Source of the DNA: Armatimonadota bacterium
Lineage (GTDB): Bacteria; Armatimonadota; SYMT01
NCBI GenBank assembly: GCA_041690135.1
Contig: JAWLHY010000012.1
Coordinates: forward strand, 192,001-256,000
Direction of reading: 5' to 3'
DNA length: 64,000 nucleotides
A model generated the notes under the pieces. The model made no database searches and was not told the DNA's origin. It was given only the letters and a program-made list of their open reading frames with translations. The position numbers were made by a program, and so were the translations under genes. Every line of letters begins with the position of its first letter. The stretch's first letter is position 1. Shown one piece after another: positions 18,193 to 27,947 of this stretch.

Positions 18193-20378
18193 AGTTCAAC
18201 CTCTCCGGGTTCCTCGAAGGGGTCGCCGCCGTGCAGGCGGGCGCTATGGCCGGGCGGGCGCAGGGGCTGCAGGCCCGCCAGGACTGGGAGCGCCAGCAAC
18301 AGGCCGCGGAACTGCAGCGCCGGCAGGCCGCGCTCCAGCAGCAGGAGTTCGACTGGCGGCGCGCCCAGGCGGAGCAGGACGATGCCTATCGAAACCAGGT
18401 GCTCCAGACAAACCGGGACGAAGCCGCGCTCAAGCTGCTCCAGCCGGGCACGCCGGAGTACCTGCGCCTCGCTTCGCGCCTGACGGGTATACCGGCGCCC
18501 ACCATGCCCCCCGCGGCGCCGATTGGCCCGCTGCTCCAGGGAATGTTCGGGGGGCCGGGGCAACCCGAACCGGGGATGCCGTCGCTGAACGATCAGGCGC
18601 TCCCCAGCGGAATGCCGGCCGTCCCCATGCCCGTGCGCCCGGCGGCCGCTCCCGCCCCGGCAGCGTCGCCGTTTCGGGATCCGCGCGCGGAACAGTCGCT
18701 GGACAGCGCCTACACCAGCGCGATCAGCAAGTGGGAGGCGCTGCACACGCGGGAAACCGATCCGGCGCAGCGGGAGCGGGCGGCACGCGCCATCCAGGCG
18801 CTCCGCCAGGGCCAACTGCAGCGCCTACCGATCGACCGGGTAACGGTCGACGGCCAGCCGCTGGGCGCTGCCGGGATCGCCGCGCTGCCGGTGGTGAGCG
18901 TGGACCCCGCCCAGCAGAAGCGGGTGGCAGCGGATGTTGGGGCGCAGGTGAAGGCCCTCCAGTCGCTCGCGAAAGAGCTCCCGGAAGACGACCCGCTACG
19001 GGGCACCCTCGCCACCCTAGCGACGACGGCGCCGACCCCCGGCGACTACCAGAGCGAGGACGGGCTGGTAACAGCGGAGAACTGGGTGACCCGCGCGCTG
19101 GCAGCGACAGTGAGCGCACAGGGCCGGCTGGGACGGAAGGACGCGCTCTCTGAAGCCAAGCTCTACTCCGCCGAGCTCAAAAACAACATCCAGGGGCTAG
19201 CGGGGGCCAGCGGGCCGGTGCTGGTAGCGATGCTGCCGGAGCTGCTCGATGAGGAGACCGAGCTCGCCGGCAAGTACAAATCGGCAGTCCTTTTCCCGCC
19301 GCGCCTCCACGCCGAGCGCGCGAACATCCAGCGAATCCGCGACCTGGCGGCGTCCGAAGACCCGAATGCCCAGGTGCAGGCAGAGAACCTGGCGGAAGAG
19401 GTTACGGCGCGCATAACGGCCGGACTTTCGCCGGGCAAGGAACAGGCCGCGTTTCGCAACGCCATGCAGGTGATTGGGACGTGGTCCACCGCTGAGGTCT
19501 ACGACCCGGATAAGGTGCGGGAGGTCTTCGAAAGCCTGGACATCCCGCACCTTATCCCAGCAGGCGGGGTCGGCCTCGGTGGGCGGCGGGCCGAACAGCA
19601 CTTTGCAAAGCTGCTTGGCGAGCTCCCGGCGATGGCAAAGCTCAACCCCGCGGGGCAGGCCACCTTCCTGGCGGAATTGTCCGGTGCCGCGGCAGCCGCC
19701 GGGAAGAAGATCCCCATTCCGGCGCAGATCGTGCTCCAGATGAGCCCCGAGACCCGAGAGCGGCTCGCTCTCCAGCGGGATCGGATCAACCTGGTGGGCA
19801 GCCGTCTCGATCTGGCCATCGCCAACCACGATCTCTCCCGCAGCCGCTTCCTCTACCAGCTTCGCAAACAGCAGGCAGGCGGGGGTCCCGATCCCGTGGC
19901 GGCGAAGCAGGCGGCCAACCTGAAGCGGGACGCGGACCGGGCGTTCTCGATCTGGAAGCAGTTCGTGGAGCGGCCAGAGAATAAGAAGCTGATGCCCGAC
20001 TACGCGCCGGGCGTGGGACCGCCCCCGGCGCCGGGGGCGATGCCGATCCTCGGGGGAATCTTCGGCGGGAAGGGGAAGCCGGCCGCCGATCCCAAGGGCG
20101 AGCGGTGGAAGCGCGCCAACGAGCTGTACCAGGCCTACCGCGCCGCGGAGCAGAAGTTCCAGAACGCCGCCGCCCCGAAGCCGGCACCGGTAGATACGAG
20201 CGACCTGGAGCCCGGCCCCGCGCCGCAGCGTCAGTCAACTAACGGCCGGGTGACGGTGAAACCGAAGTCCGGTGGCTCGAACCGCGATCGCTATATCACC
20301 GCCCTCCGTGCGTCCGGCCAGTTGACCGAGGCGCAGATCCAGAACCTCGCGAACCAGCGTTATCCCCCGAAGAGATAG
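18189..20378 (+). CDS. Internal virion / ejection protein
   Basis: GGAGGT RBS, ATGA overlap; LSGFLEG N-terminus, Gln-rich coiled coil, helical body; between the pilot and the giant gene. Confidence 0.75.
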   Translation: MKFNLSGFLEGVAAVQAGAMAGRAQGLQARQDWERQQQAAELQRRQAALQQQEFDWRRAQAEQDDAYRNQVLQTNRDEAALKLLQPGTPEYLRLASRLTGIPAPTMPPAAPIGPLLQGMFGGPGQPEPGMPSLNDQALPSGMPAVPMPVRPAAAPAPAASPFRDPRAEQSLDSAYTSAISKWEALHTRETDPAQRERAARAIQALRQGQLQRLPIDRVTVDGQPLGAAGIAALPVVSVDPAQQKRVAADVGAQVKALQSLAKELPEDDPLRGTLATLATTAPTPGDYQSEDGLVTAENWVTRALAATVSAQGRLGRKDALSEAKLYSAELKNNIQGLAGASGPVLVAMLPELLDEETELAGKYKSAVLFPPRLHAERANIQRIRDLAASEDPNAQVQAENLAEEVTARITAGLSPGKEQAAFRNAMQVIGTWSTAEVYDPDKVREVFESLDIPHLIPAGGVGLGGRRAEQHFAKLLGELPAMAKLNPAGQATFLAELSGAAAAAGKKIPIPAQIVLQMSPETRERLALQRDRINLVGSRLDLAIANHDLSRSRFLYQLRKQQAGGGPDPVAAKQAANLKRDADRAFSIWKQFVERPENKKLMPDYAPGVGPPPAPGAMPILGGIFGGKGKPAADPKGERWKRANELYQAYRAAEQKFQNAAAPKPAPVDTSDLEPGPAPQRQSTNGRVTVKPKSGGSNRDRYITALRASGQLTEAQIQNLANQRYPPKR

Positions 20379-20381
20379 ACC

Positions 20382-23300
20382 ATGGCACTCACTCCGGAAG
20401 AACTCGCGGCCCAGGACCTCGCCCAGGTCCTGGGCCGTTCGCGCATGTCTGGCTCCGACCCGCACGCCCGTCTTGTTACCATCGCCGCGAAGCGGTATGG
20501 GGTGGATGAGGACCTGATCCGCAGGGTTATTCGGCAGGAATCGGGCGGGAATCCCCGCGCTGTCTCCCCGGCCGGCGCTCAGGGTCTCATGCAGTTGATG
20601 CCGGCAACGGCAAAGAGCCTGGGAGTGCGGGATCCCTTCAATCCGGCCGAGAACATTGACGCGGGGGTGCGGTATCTCCGCCAGCAGTTGGATGCATTCG
20701 GCGGCGACGAGCGCCTGGCGCTGGCCGCCTATAACGCGGGGCCAGGGAACGTCCGGAAATATGGTGGGGTGCCCCCGTTCCCGGAAACCCGGCAGTATGT
20801 CGCCCGGATCACCCGCGGCCGGACCGGTGGCCGGATGAGTTCGCGCGGCGGCACGGCGCATCTGACCCCGGAGCAGCTCGCCGCCCAGGACCTGGCGCGG
20901 GTCACCGGCGCGAAGGCCGGTGGTAAGACAGGCACGCTCACGCCCGAGCAGTTGGCCGAGCAGGATCTGGCAAGTGTGCTCGGCCCGGATCCGGTGATGG
21001 AGGCCATCCAGCGCCGCAAGCGCGGCGTGCGGCTCGGCAATCTGGCTCCCACACCGCAGCCGGCCGCGAAACCGGCGCCCAAGGTCGATCTCGCCGGAAT
21101 GCGTCGCCGGGTGCAAGAGCTGGAGAGCACGATCAACGGTCTCCGCCAGCAGCGGGACGCGCTGCCCCCAAACGCCCCGTCCGGACCCCTGCGCCGGCTG
21201 ATTGCCCAGCGCATCTCCGAGATGACCCTGCTGCAGCAGCAGATCGAGGAGGCAGAGACCGGGAAGGCCCTGCCGCTGATGCACCCGGACTCCGTCGCCC
21301 ACCGCCGGCTGCGGGCGGAGCGCGCGCAGAAGCAGGCCGCGGCGCCACCGAAGCGCCCCGTCGATTTCGTGCGGATGCAACCGGTCCGGACCGAGACCCC
21401 GGTAGAACAGGTGCGCAACTTCGTGGCAGGGGTGATCGGCGCCGACCCCAGCCGGGCGCAGTCGCGTGAGATGGTGGACACGCGTGCCGCACGCGCCGGG
21501 CGCCCCCCGTTCCAGGCGACGGACGCCGAACTGCTGGAACTCCAGGCGCTGGAGCCGGCGATGGAAAGATACCTCCAGTTCAGCCGGGGCCGGGGCACGA
21601 ACACCCAGGTGGTGGGGGACGTGGTGATCCCCCAGCCGGAAGATCCCCATTACCGACAGCAGGGATATTCCCAGCCTTACACCGAGGCGGATTTCCGGAA
21701 CTTCCTGCGGCGCGAGGTGTTCGGCGCCAAGGGCCGGTTGACGCCGGTCCAGGAAGCGGCGCTTCCCTACCTGGTGGAAGCCCTGCGGGTGCGGGCGGAT
21801 GAGCGGCAGCGCGGGATTGTGCGGACCAGTTCCCGGTTGGCCGATATCGCGGTAGGGCTAATGACCGGCGGCTCTGGATCCGTGGCCCAGATGGGCCTCA
21901 AGGGCTTCCTGCTCGACCAGGGGAGGCGTCGCGCGATTTCCGGCGGCAGTGCTGCGGCCTCGCGCCTGACCGCGGATGCGGCGAACCCGGATTTGACCGT
22001 GGAGCAGCGGCTGAAGGGGGCAGCCAGCGACGCCGCGCTGGCGATGGGCGTGGACACCCTGACTTCGACCGACCCCATCGTGCGTGACCTGGCGCGTGGG
22101 CGCAAGAACCTCGGGCCGGGGGCCGGGTTTGGCGAGGCGCTGGAGCGCGGGCAGGAGATTACCCGACGGCACGGCGCCCAGAAGCAGGCGAAGGCGCAGC
22201 GGCTGGCGGCGGAAAGGGCAGGGACGACTACGTCTGCGCCTGCTCCATCCCCAATGGCCGCTCCGGAAGCCACAAAGCCAGTGCCATCGGCAGGGATGGA
22301 ATCGATCCCCACCCCCGCTCCCACCATTGGGTCTCGGGTGGTGGTGCGTTGGGAGGACGGATCCACCCTGGAAGGGGAGATTCTCCGCCTCTCCAAGACA
22401 GGCAAGTCCGCTTACATCCGCGGCAGCGATGGCAAGGATCTGGACAAGCCGGTGTTGCTCAAGGACCTGGAGCTTGCCCCGGCTACCGCGGGCAGTGGCC
22501 CTTCCGCGGGTCCGGCGCCAGCCCAGGCGCTAAAAACAGAGGCATCTGGCACTCCCAGCCCCGACAACGATCTTTACTCGGGTCCGTATCCAATCCGCAA
22601 GCGGTCAGGACTCTCGCCGCAAGAACGTGCCGGGGAGGCCCAACGCGCGCAGTACGTCCAGGAGCATATGGATGAACTGGTAGAGGCCTACTACCGTGCA
22701 AATGAAGGTGGGCGGGTCATCAGCTCAGATCGCGCGAAGTGGTTGTTCGCGGAATACCAAGATGAAGCCACGCGCACCGCAGTAGACCGGGAAATCTATT
22801 CTGCCGCGAAAGCCGTCTCGGACGAGGTATTCCGTCGCAAGGTGGCGGAACCAGCCGCCCCAGGACAAAAGGACCTCGTCATTTTCCTCTCCGGCGGACC
22901 GGGTTCCGGAAAGTCGAGTTCGATCAGCGGGTCGCCCGCGGTGCAGGCCGCACACAGCAATGCTCGTCTGGTAGTTGACGGTACCCTTTCCGATATTGAG
23001 GCGGCCCGTCAAATGATGCGGGCCGTAGATGCGCGTAAGAGCAAGCGCATGCTGATCTACGTGTATCTGCCTGCGGATGAAGCGGTCCGCCGGGCAGTCG
23101 ATCGCGCGATGGATGTAAAGGGACCGGACTATTTGCGGGCCGTAAACCTAGAGAACCTCGCTACAGCTCACTACGGAGCCCAGAATACGGTGCTCCGCTT
23201 GGCGGACGAGTTCCCTGACCTTGCAATTGCAATTCTTGACAACCGTGGTCAGCAGGGGCAAGTCGCCGAACTGAGTTTGGACGAACTACGCCAACTCAGG

Positions 23301-25754
23301 TATCGTAATGTGGAAGACGTAAAGGCGCAAGTCCGAGCCGCTTATGATGCGGAATACACCCGACGACAAGGAACAGCAGATGCCATCCCCGACTCCCTCC
23401 ACCGCGGGTTCACGGGTTCTTACGCCCGAAATGCAACAGGAACTCGAGATCTTCAAGGAAAACCTCAATCAGGTCCGGAAGGAAGCGGCGGAAAGGCAGC
23501 GCCAGAAGATGGAAACCTCCCGGACGACCCCGGCGACCCCGGAACTGGCGGAGTAGGCCCCCGCCCCCCTGCCCCTCCTAGCGGCGGTCCGGCCGCTCCC
23601 TCTGCCATACCTCCTCGAGAGAACGACCCCTCTTCCCCAACACCCACCACGTCTGACGGTGGAGCGGCTACCCCCGATCGTAGAAACACCACCGGGCTGG
23701 CCAACCAGGTGCAGGAGGGGGAGGTGGAGCTCGGGATCATCGCGCCCCCGGAGAAGGGGGTGAGCGCCGGGGCGCAAGAGGCCCATGCCGAGGGGAAGCG
23801 CCTGGTGGAGGCCGGCGGGAAGCCACTCCCGCGCCGCGCTCCGGCAGGGGCTTCCGGAGAGACGCCCTTCGGGGATCTTCCTCCCGCAGGAGGCCCACCC
23901 CGCGGAGCGCCGCCCGGTGACTCCGGACAACCAAACTCGAAAACCTCAACCGCCCCCGCGCAACAGCCGGGGGCGGTTAGATTTTCTGGACCCGGCGGGA
24001 GGAGGATCCCCACCGCACCCAGGCAGGGGACGGGCGCGAGGACCGCTCCGCCCGCTTCTGCGCCGGCCGTGCCCAACCAGCAGGAGGTGGAGCGGGAGAT
24101 TGATGTGGTCGTGGAGCGGCTCAAGAGCGGCGGCCGGAAAGGCAACGCGAGCCGGTCCTTCACCCGTGCGGGGGATGAACAGCGGCTGCAGGACCTCCGG
24201 CAGGAGCGGCAGGACCTGGTGCGCGGCCGGGGCGGGCGGTTCCGGGTCGGGGAGCCGGTAGTCGGCACCCAACACAACGGAAAGAAGGAGGCGCTGGTCT
24301 ACGACGGGATGGCCAGCGACACGCACGCGTACGTGAAGGACCCCCGAACGGGGAAGCGCCGGGCGGGCACGGTGCCGGTCGGGAGCCTCCAAAGAACCCG
24401 ATCAGCCCCACCTCAGTCGGATATGGTCGGCGTGCGAAGGACTGCTGAGGGCCAGACTCTACGGGTTCCAGGTTCTGGGGCTCCGGTAGGCCGGCGAGCA
24501 GATCTCCACGCCCGATTGGATGTGGCGGAAGCCACCGCCCGGCAGAAGCTGGCTGCGCTCCGGGCCTCGCGCCGGGGCGGGAAGCTCGCGTCGGAATTGG
24601 GCGGCTTCAACGACCTGCTGGAGGAGGCCTCGCACTGGATCGAGATCGGCGCGGTGCAGATGGCACGGGGGCTCGTGGACTTCGAAGCTTGGTCGCGCCG
24701 GATGCTGGAGGCGGTGGGGGACGAACTGCGGGCCACGGGGCGGAACGTGGATGAATTACTCCGGGAGATCTGGAACGCATCACGAAAGAAGTATGCGGAA
24801 GAGCGGCGGAGTAATCCTGCAGAAGGGCCGGAGAACGTTGAGCCGGATCATAAGCTAGATTTGGCGGTTGGAACGAAAGGTGAGTCGCAGGACTCGGCTC
24901 ACCCACTCCAGTTCAAAACCAAACCCGCCACAGCCGCAAGTGGCGAAGGTCGCCGCAGTCCATCCTCACAGCGCCGGGGAAGCGGAGGGGTTCATGATGC
25001 GTGGAGACAACCAGGCATGCCCAGAGTCCGCTGGAATTGGTCTGGTATTAAGGGGGCAATGCAGTCCGATCGAATCAACGAAGACACTCTGCTCGCTGCA
25101 GTCGAGGACTGGCGCAATAGTATGGAGCTGGATTTCTCGCGGATGGAGATTCGTCTACTTCCGCAGGAAGCGAAGCGCCGTCCCCATCTAGATCTTAGCG
25201 CAGATGTGATCAACGATAACCCTGTCTATGTGCACGGCTTTGTCAACGCAAGGAGCCCGCATGCAATCCATCTCTACAATCCCACCTCGGAATGGCCGGA
25301 CATTCGACAGGATATGCTGCGTGATCTCTATCGTGCACATGGGCGTGGCCTATTGTCTCCTCAAGACTTCCTTGACTTCGTGCGTGAAGCTCCGCGATTA
25401 GCCGAGGAATATATTGCGGGAACTCTGAAGCATGAAACGGGACACTCGCTTCTGGTCGAAACCTTCGGGAATCACCGCCGGCGGAGGTTCAAAGGTTGGC
25501 AGCGACTCATGCCCGATCATCTGTATGGTGTGATGGTAAGTGCGCTGAAGCTGGCTGGGACGAAGACTGACAATGATGCGATTGCAGATTCTATTGCGGA
25601 AGCGGTTGCAGAAGACGTGCGCCGGTGGCATACTGGCTATTATAGCCCTCTCAATAGTCAGACCTGGTTGGCCGATGCGGCCGATCCACATGGAGCTTGG
25701 GAACGTGCAGAGGAGGTATGGAAATGGCTGAAAAACGCTCACGACCGGCGGTAG
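20382..25754 (+). CDS. 1790-aa polyvalent ejection protein: lytic transglycosylase, zeta-toxin-like kinase, SH3-like domains, C-terminal HExxH domain
   Basis: QESGG...GAQGLMQL...ALAAYNAG (SLT, about 20460-20815); GGPGSGKS at 22893-22916 with VVDGTL and ILDN; IGA..MARG..DF..WS..M helical motif; HETGH at 25431-25445. Confidence 0.9.
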   Translation: MALTPEELAAQDLAQVLGRSRMSGSDPHARLVTIAAKRYGVDEDLIRRVIRQESGGNPRAVSPAGAQGLMQLMPATAKSLGVRDPFNPAENIDAGVRYLRQQLDAFGGDERLALAAYNAGPGNVRKYGGVPPFPETRQYVARITRGRTGGRMSSRGGTAHLTPEQLAAQDLARVTGAKAGGKTGTLTPEQLAEQDLASVLGPDPVMEAIQRRKRGVRLGNLAPTPQPAAKPAPKVDLAGMRRRVQELESTINGLRQQRDALPPNAPSGPLRRLIAQRISEMTLLQQQIEEAETGKALPLMHPDSVAHRRLRAERAQKQAAAPPKRPVDFVRMQPVRTETPVEQVRNFVAGVIGADPSRAQSREMVDTRAARAGRPPFQATDAELLELQALEPAMERYLQFSRGRGTNTQVVGDVVIPQPEDPHYRQQGYSQPYTEADFRNFLRREVFGAKGRLTPVQEAALPYLVEALRVRADERQRGIVRTSSRLADIAVGLMTGGSGSVAQMGLKGFLLDQGRRRAISGGSAAASRLTADAANPDLTVEQRLKGAASDAALAMGVDTLTSTDPIVRDLARGRKNLGPGAGFGEALERGQEITRRHGAQKQAKAQRLAAERAGTTTSAPAPSPMAAPEATKPVPSAGMESIPTPAPTIGSRVVVRWEDGSTLEGEILRLSKTGKSAYIRGSDGKDLDKPVLLKDLELAPATAGSGPSAGPAPAQALKTEASGTPSPDNDLYSGPYPIRKRSGLSPQERAGEAQRAQYVQEHMDELVEAYYRANEGGRVISSDRAKWLFAEYQDEATRTAVDREIYSAAKAVSDEVFRRKVAEPAAPGQKDLVIFLSGGPGSGKSSSISGSPAVQAAHSNARLVVDGTLSDIEAARQMMRAVDARKSKRMLIYVYLPADEAVRRAVDRAMDVKGPDYLRAVNLENLATAHYGAQNTVLRLADEFPDLAIAILDNRGQQGQVAELSLDELRQLRYRNVEDVKAQVRAAYDAEYTRRQGTADAIPDSLHRGFTGSYARNATGTRDLQGKPQSGPEGSGGKAAPEDGNLPDDPGDPGTGGVGPRPPAPPSGGPAAPSAIPPRENDPSSPTPTTSDGGAATPDRRNTTGLANQVQEGEVELGIIAPPEKGVSAGAQEAHAEGKRLVEAGGKPLPRRAPAGASGETPFGDLPPAGGPPRGAPPGDSGQPNSKTSTAPAQQPGAVRFSGPGGRRIPTAPRQGTGARTAPPASAPAVPNQQEVEREIDVVVERLKSGGRKGNASRSFTRAGDEQRLQDLRQERQDLVRGRGGRFRVGEPVVGTQHNGKKEALVYDGMASDTHAYVKDPRTGKRRAGTVPVGSLQRTRSAPPQSDMVGVRRTAEGQTLRVPGSGAPVGRRADLHARLDVAEATARQKLAALRASRRGGKLASELGGFNDLLEEASHWIEIGAVQMARGLVDFEAWSRRMLEAVGDELRATGRNVDELLREIWNASRKKYAEERRSNPAEGPENVEPDHKLDLAVGTKGESQDSAHPLQFKTKPATAASGEGRRSPSSQRRGSGGVHDAWRQPGMPRVRWNWSGIKGAMQSDRINEDTLLAAVEDWRNSMELDFSRMEIRLLPQEAKRRPHLDLSADVINDNPVYVHGFVNARSPHAIHLYNPTSEWPDIRQDMLRDLYRAHGRGLLSPQDFLDFVREAPRLAEEYIAGTLKHETGHSLLVETFGNHRRRRFKGWQRLMPDHLYGVMVSALKLAGTKTDNDAIADSIAEAVAEDVRRWHTGYYSPLNSQTWLADAADPHGAWERAEEVWKWLKNAHDRR
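23380..23556 (+). CDS. Nested +1-frame 58-aa protein, candidate antitoxin of the zeta-like domain
   Basis: AAGGA at 23368-23372, 7 nt before ATG; [32 protein letters not shown] is an amphipathic helix while the host frame is a low-complexity linker. Confidence 0.6.
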   Translation: MPSPTPSTAGSRVLTPEMQQELEIFKENLNQVRKEAAERQRQKMETSRTTPATPELAE

Positions 25755-25945
25755 ACACTTTTACGCGCGAGCAGATTGATGCTATTCGGTCCCTTCGCCC
25801 GGGAATGTCGGAAGAGGACGCAGTGGATTTGCTCCATCTCGGGCGACGAATAGCACGCTCGCACGCCCAGATGAGTCCCGTGAGCGAAGAAGAGGAGCCG
25901 GAGTGGGATGTTCAACCCGGAGACGACGATCCCTACGCGGGATGA
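25718..25945 (+). CDS. Small protein overlapping the giant gene's 3' end, candidate immunity to the C-terminal domain (start 25718 or 25724)
   Basis: AGGAGG RBS inside the giant ORF; [25 protein letters not shown] helix, acidic tail. Confidence 0.7.
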   Translation: MEMAEKRSRPAVDTFTREQIDAIRSLRPGMSEEDAVDLLHLGRRIARSHAQMSPVSEEEEPEWDVQPGDDDPYAG

Positions 25946-26192
25946 GTGGCCTTGGCGATGATGTCTGGCTGAGATTTCGATGGACATTCATCCCAAGAGC
26001 AACCCACGTGAAAGGTCGAATGAGGCTTTGACGACCCCTGCCCTCAGCCGAATCTTCGACGCAGCGGTTCACTTTGGCGCAGGTGACGTCGTTATCGAGG
26101 AGGACCCCGAGGCCACGTCCTTTCCGAAACAGGTGGGCGGCGTAGACGTCGCCTACTGATCCCTGCGAAAGCGTGCCGTCACCAGATTCCAT

Positions 26193-26231
26193 AAGCCGCC
26201 CCAGGGAGTTTTCCCTCGGGCGGCTTTTTTT
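26193..26231 (+). terminator. Intrinsic terminator
   Basis: AAGCCGCCC-cagggagttttccctc-GGGCGGCTT followed by TTTTT. Confidence 0.8.
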
Positions 26232-26299
26232 CGCGTACCCAGAGGCGACCCCTCGCCGGACGCCGGGTGACGCTCCGGAACCGGATACTGAGCGAGGGC

Positions 26300-26761
26300 G
26301 TCGCCGGGAAGAACCCGGAAACGGGCAGCACACACAAGAGCCGGAAGGGGTCCCGGCGAAAGCAACCGGAGCTCGCCCACGCCCGGTGGAAGGGACGGAC
26401 GAGACTTCCCTGACGGGAACTGTGGCCACCGCCACGACCCGGGCCGCGCGGAACGCCGCCCGGACCGCCTCCGGTACCCAGACGACTACGGCCTCGCCTT
26501 TGGGCGGGAACGTGGACACCCCCGGTGGGTCAGCCCCGGCAGGTGGAGCACCCCCCACGGGGGAAGCCACCCCGCGGCGCGCCGCCCGGCGGCCCCGGAC
26601 AATCGCAACCGAATACCACCACCGCCCCCGCGCAAAAGCCGGGGGCGGTCCGCGTTTCTGGCTCGGGAACACCGGAAGACACTCGGGGGTTCGGGCCGCC
26701 GGAGAGGAAGCCGCAGCGGGTTCCCTGTCCCAGCGGGTTCCAGCACCGGTACCACAGATAA
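26300..26761 (+). pseudogene. Frameshifted remnant of a polyvalent-protein linker (candidate silent cassette)
   Basis: 26540-26665 aligns to 23872-23995 ([10 protein letters not shown]....TAPAQ.PGAVR.SG); 26626-26752 aligns to 1-135; no credible start. Confidence 0.65.
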
Positions 26762-26998
26762 TACGTGGAGACGTTACGGAGGGGCGACGCCGCCTGGTAG
26801 CCACATCTCGGAGGAAGATTACCATAAGTCGGGCTACCTTCTGCTACAATGGAAACTGTCAGGGTTACAAGCTAAGGGCCGTATGCTAGTCTGGCCTATA
26901 AGCATTCTGGGCCGGTAGACATTCGCTGTGGATGGCCACGACGAGGTCGCCACGAGGCGGGCTCCCCATCCATCTCTGTGTGGCAAGGCGGTGACAGG

Positions 26999-27460
26999 TT
27001 GCCTCAGAACGTTGCGATCTATGGCTATGCACCGGATATCGAAGAGATTCCGGAGAGCCTGCGCAGCATGACCGGAGAGGCTGTGCACGTAGAGGCGCAG
27101 GACGGCCAGTGGAGCAGCATCACGATACAGGGCCGGAACGCTACGCTCGTGTTCCGCTGCCTGCGGCCAGGACCGCCCCCGGACGACTTCTCGCGCGGCA
27201 TCCTCGGGATCTATAACTACGCCAAGCGTATCAAGGCAACATCGGAAGAGATCCAGAAGGAGCTGCTGCACCATCTGGCCAATGCGAAGTGCATCATTGC
27301 CGTAGTGGCCACGCCAGGCTTTGACGTCGATGCCGGGCACCCGGATCTGATTGCGGAAGTTTGCGATCGTGCCGATGGAGTTTTGTTCAATGGCAGGGAC
27401 TTCCTTAATGTGGAGTGGGACGTCCTGCTGGGCGCGGATGGAAGTAGCGAGGTGGAGTAA
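26999..27460 (+). CDS. Orphan immunity-like protein (resembles the N-terminal region of DUF4272 proteins)
   Basis: GGCGGT before TTG 26999; NVAIY...GIYNYAKRI...DGVLFNG...LLGADG; lower GC3 than the host. Confidence 0.7.
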   Translation: MPQNVAIYGYAPDIEEIPESLRSMTGEAVHVEAQDGQWSSITIQGRNATLVFRCLRPGPPPDDFSRGILGIYNYAKRIKATSEEIQKELLHHLANAKCIIAVVATPGFDVDAGHPDLIAEVCDRADGVLFNGRDFLNVEWDVLLGADGSSEVE

Positions 27461-27466
27461 GGCGAC

Positions 27467-27754
27467 ATGGTGATCCGTGGAGAAGACGAGGGCTACTTCT
27501 GGTTCGATGACCCCACCCCAAATGGCCCCCCTGATAAGGAATTCTTCGACCTGGCACGGGGATTGTCCCACCTCACTGCGTGGGAGTTGCAGATTGCGTT
27601 AGACGACCTGGCGGAGCAGCTTGGAGTGGCGGCCCCGAGTGCGGAACACTTCCTGGCCACGGGTGAGCTGGACCCCTACCCCGGCGACCCTGCGGATGCC
27701 GTGAAGTGGGCGCTGCCGGCCCCCCGAAGCCGGGCCGACGCACCGGAGGGGTAG
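27467..27754 (+). CDS. Small acidic orphan protein (candidate immunity)
   Basis: GGAG upstream; ATG 6 nt after the previous stop; 95 aa. Confidence 0.65.
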   Translation: MVIRGEDEGYFWFDDPTPNGPPDKEFFDLARGLSHLTAWELQIALDDLAEQLGVAAPSAEHFLATGELDPYPGDPADAVKWALPAPRSRADAPEG

Positions 27755-27947
27755 GACGATCTCCCCGACGAATGGCGCTTTGAAGCGAAGACCTTAAGAT
27801 CCCATGTCCCACATGCTAAGCTACCTTCTCCCGGTGAAGGACGCCTCTTTTAACGACCTTCTCCCGGAGGCGGATCGTGCGCCGCTGGCGGACCCGGAGC
27901 GCCGGGAGGCTCTGGGGCTGTGGGACTGCTCCATTCCCGAAAGAACG

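Noticed and set aside
22084-25191. Other alternative-frame ORFs inside the giant gene (22084, 22349, 23785, 24520, 24868)
   Set aside because: Arg/Pro/Gly-rich frame-shadow composition and no clear RBS, unlike 23380-23556
26173-26889. 238-aa ORF as a functional gene
   Set aside because: It begins across a terminator, and its homology to the giant protein lies in another frame; treated as a remnant
27755-27947. attR or tRNA at the right boundary of the phage-like region
   Set aside because: No tRNA fold, integrase or convincing core repeat found by eye
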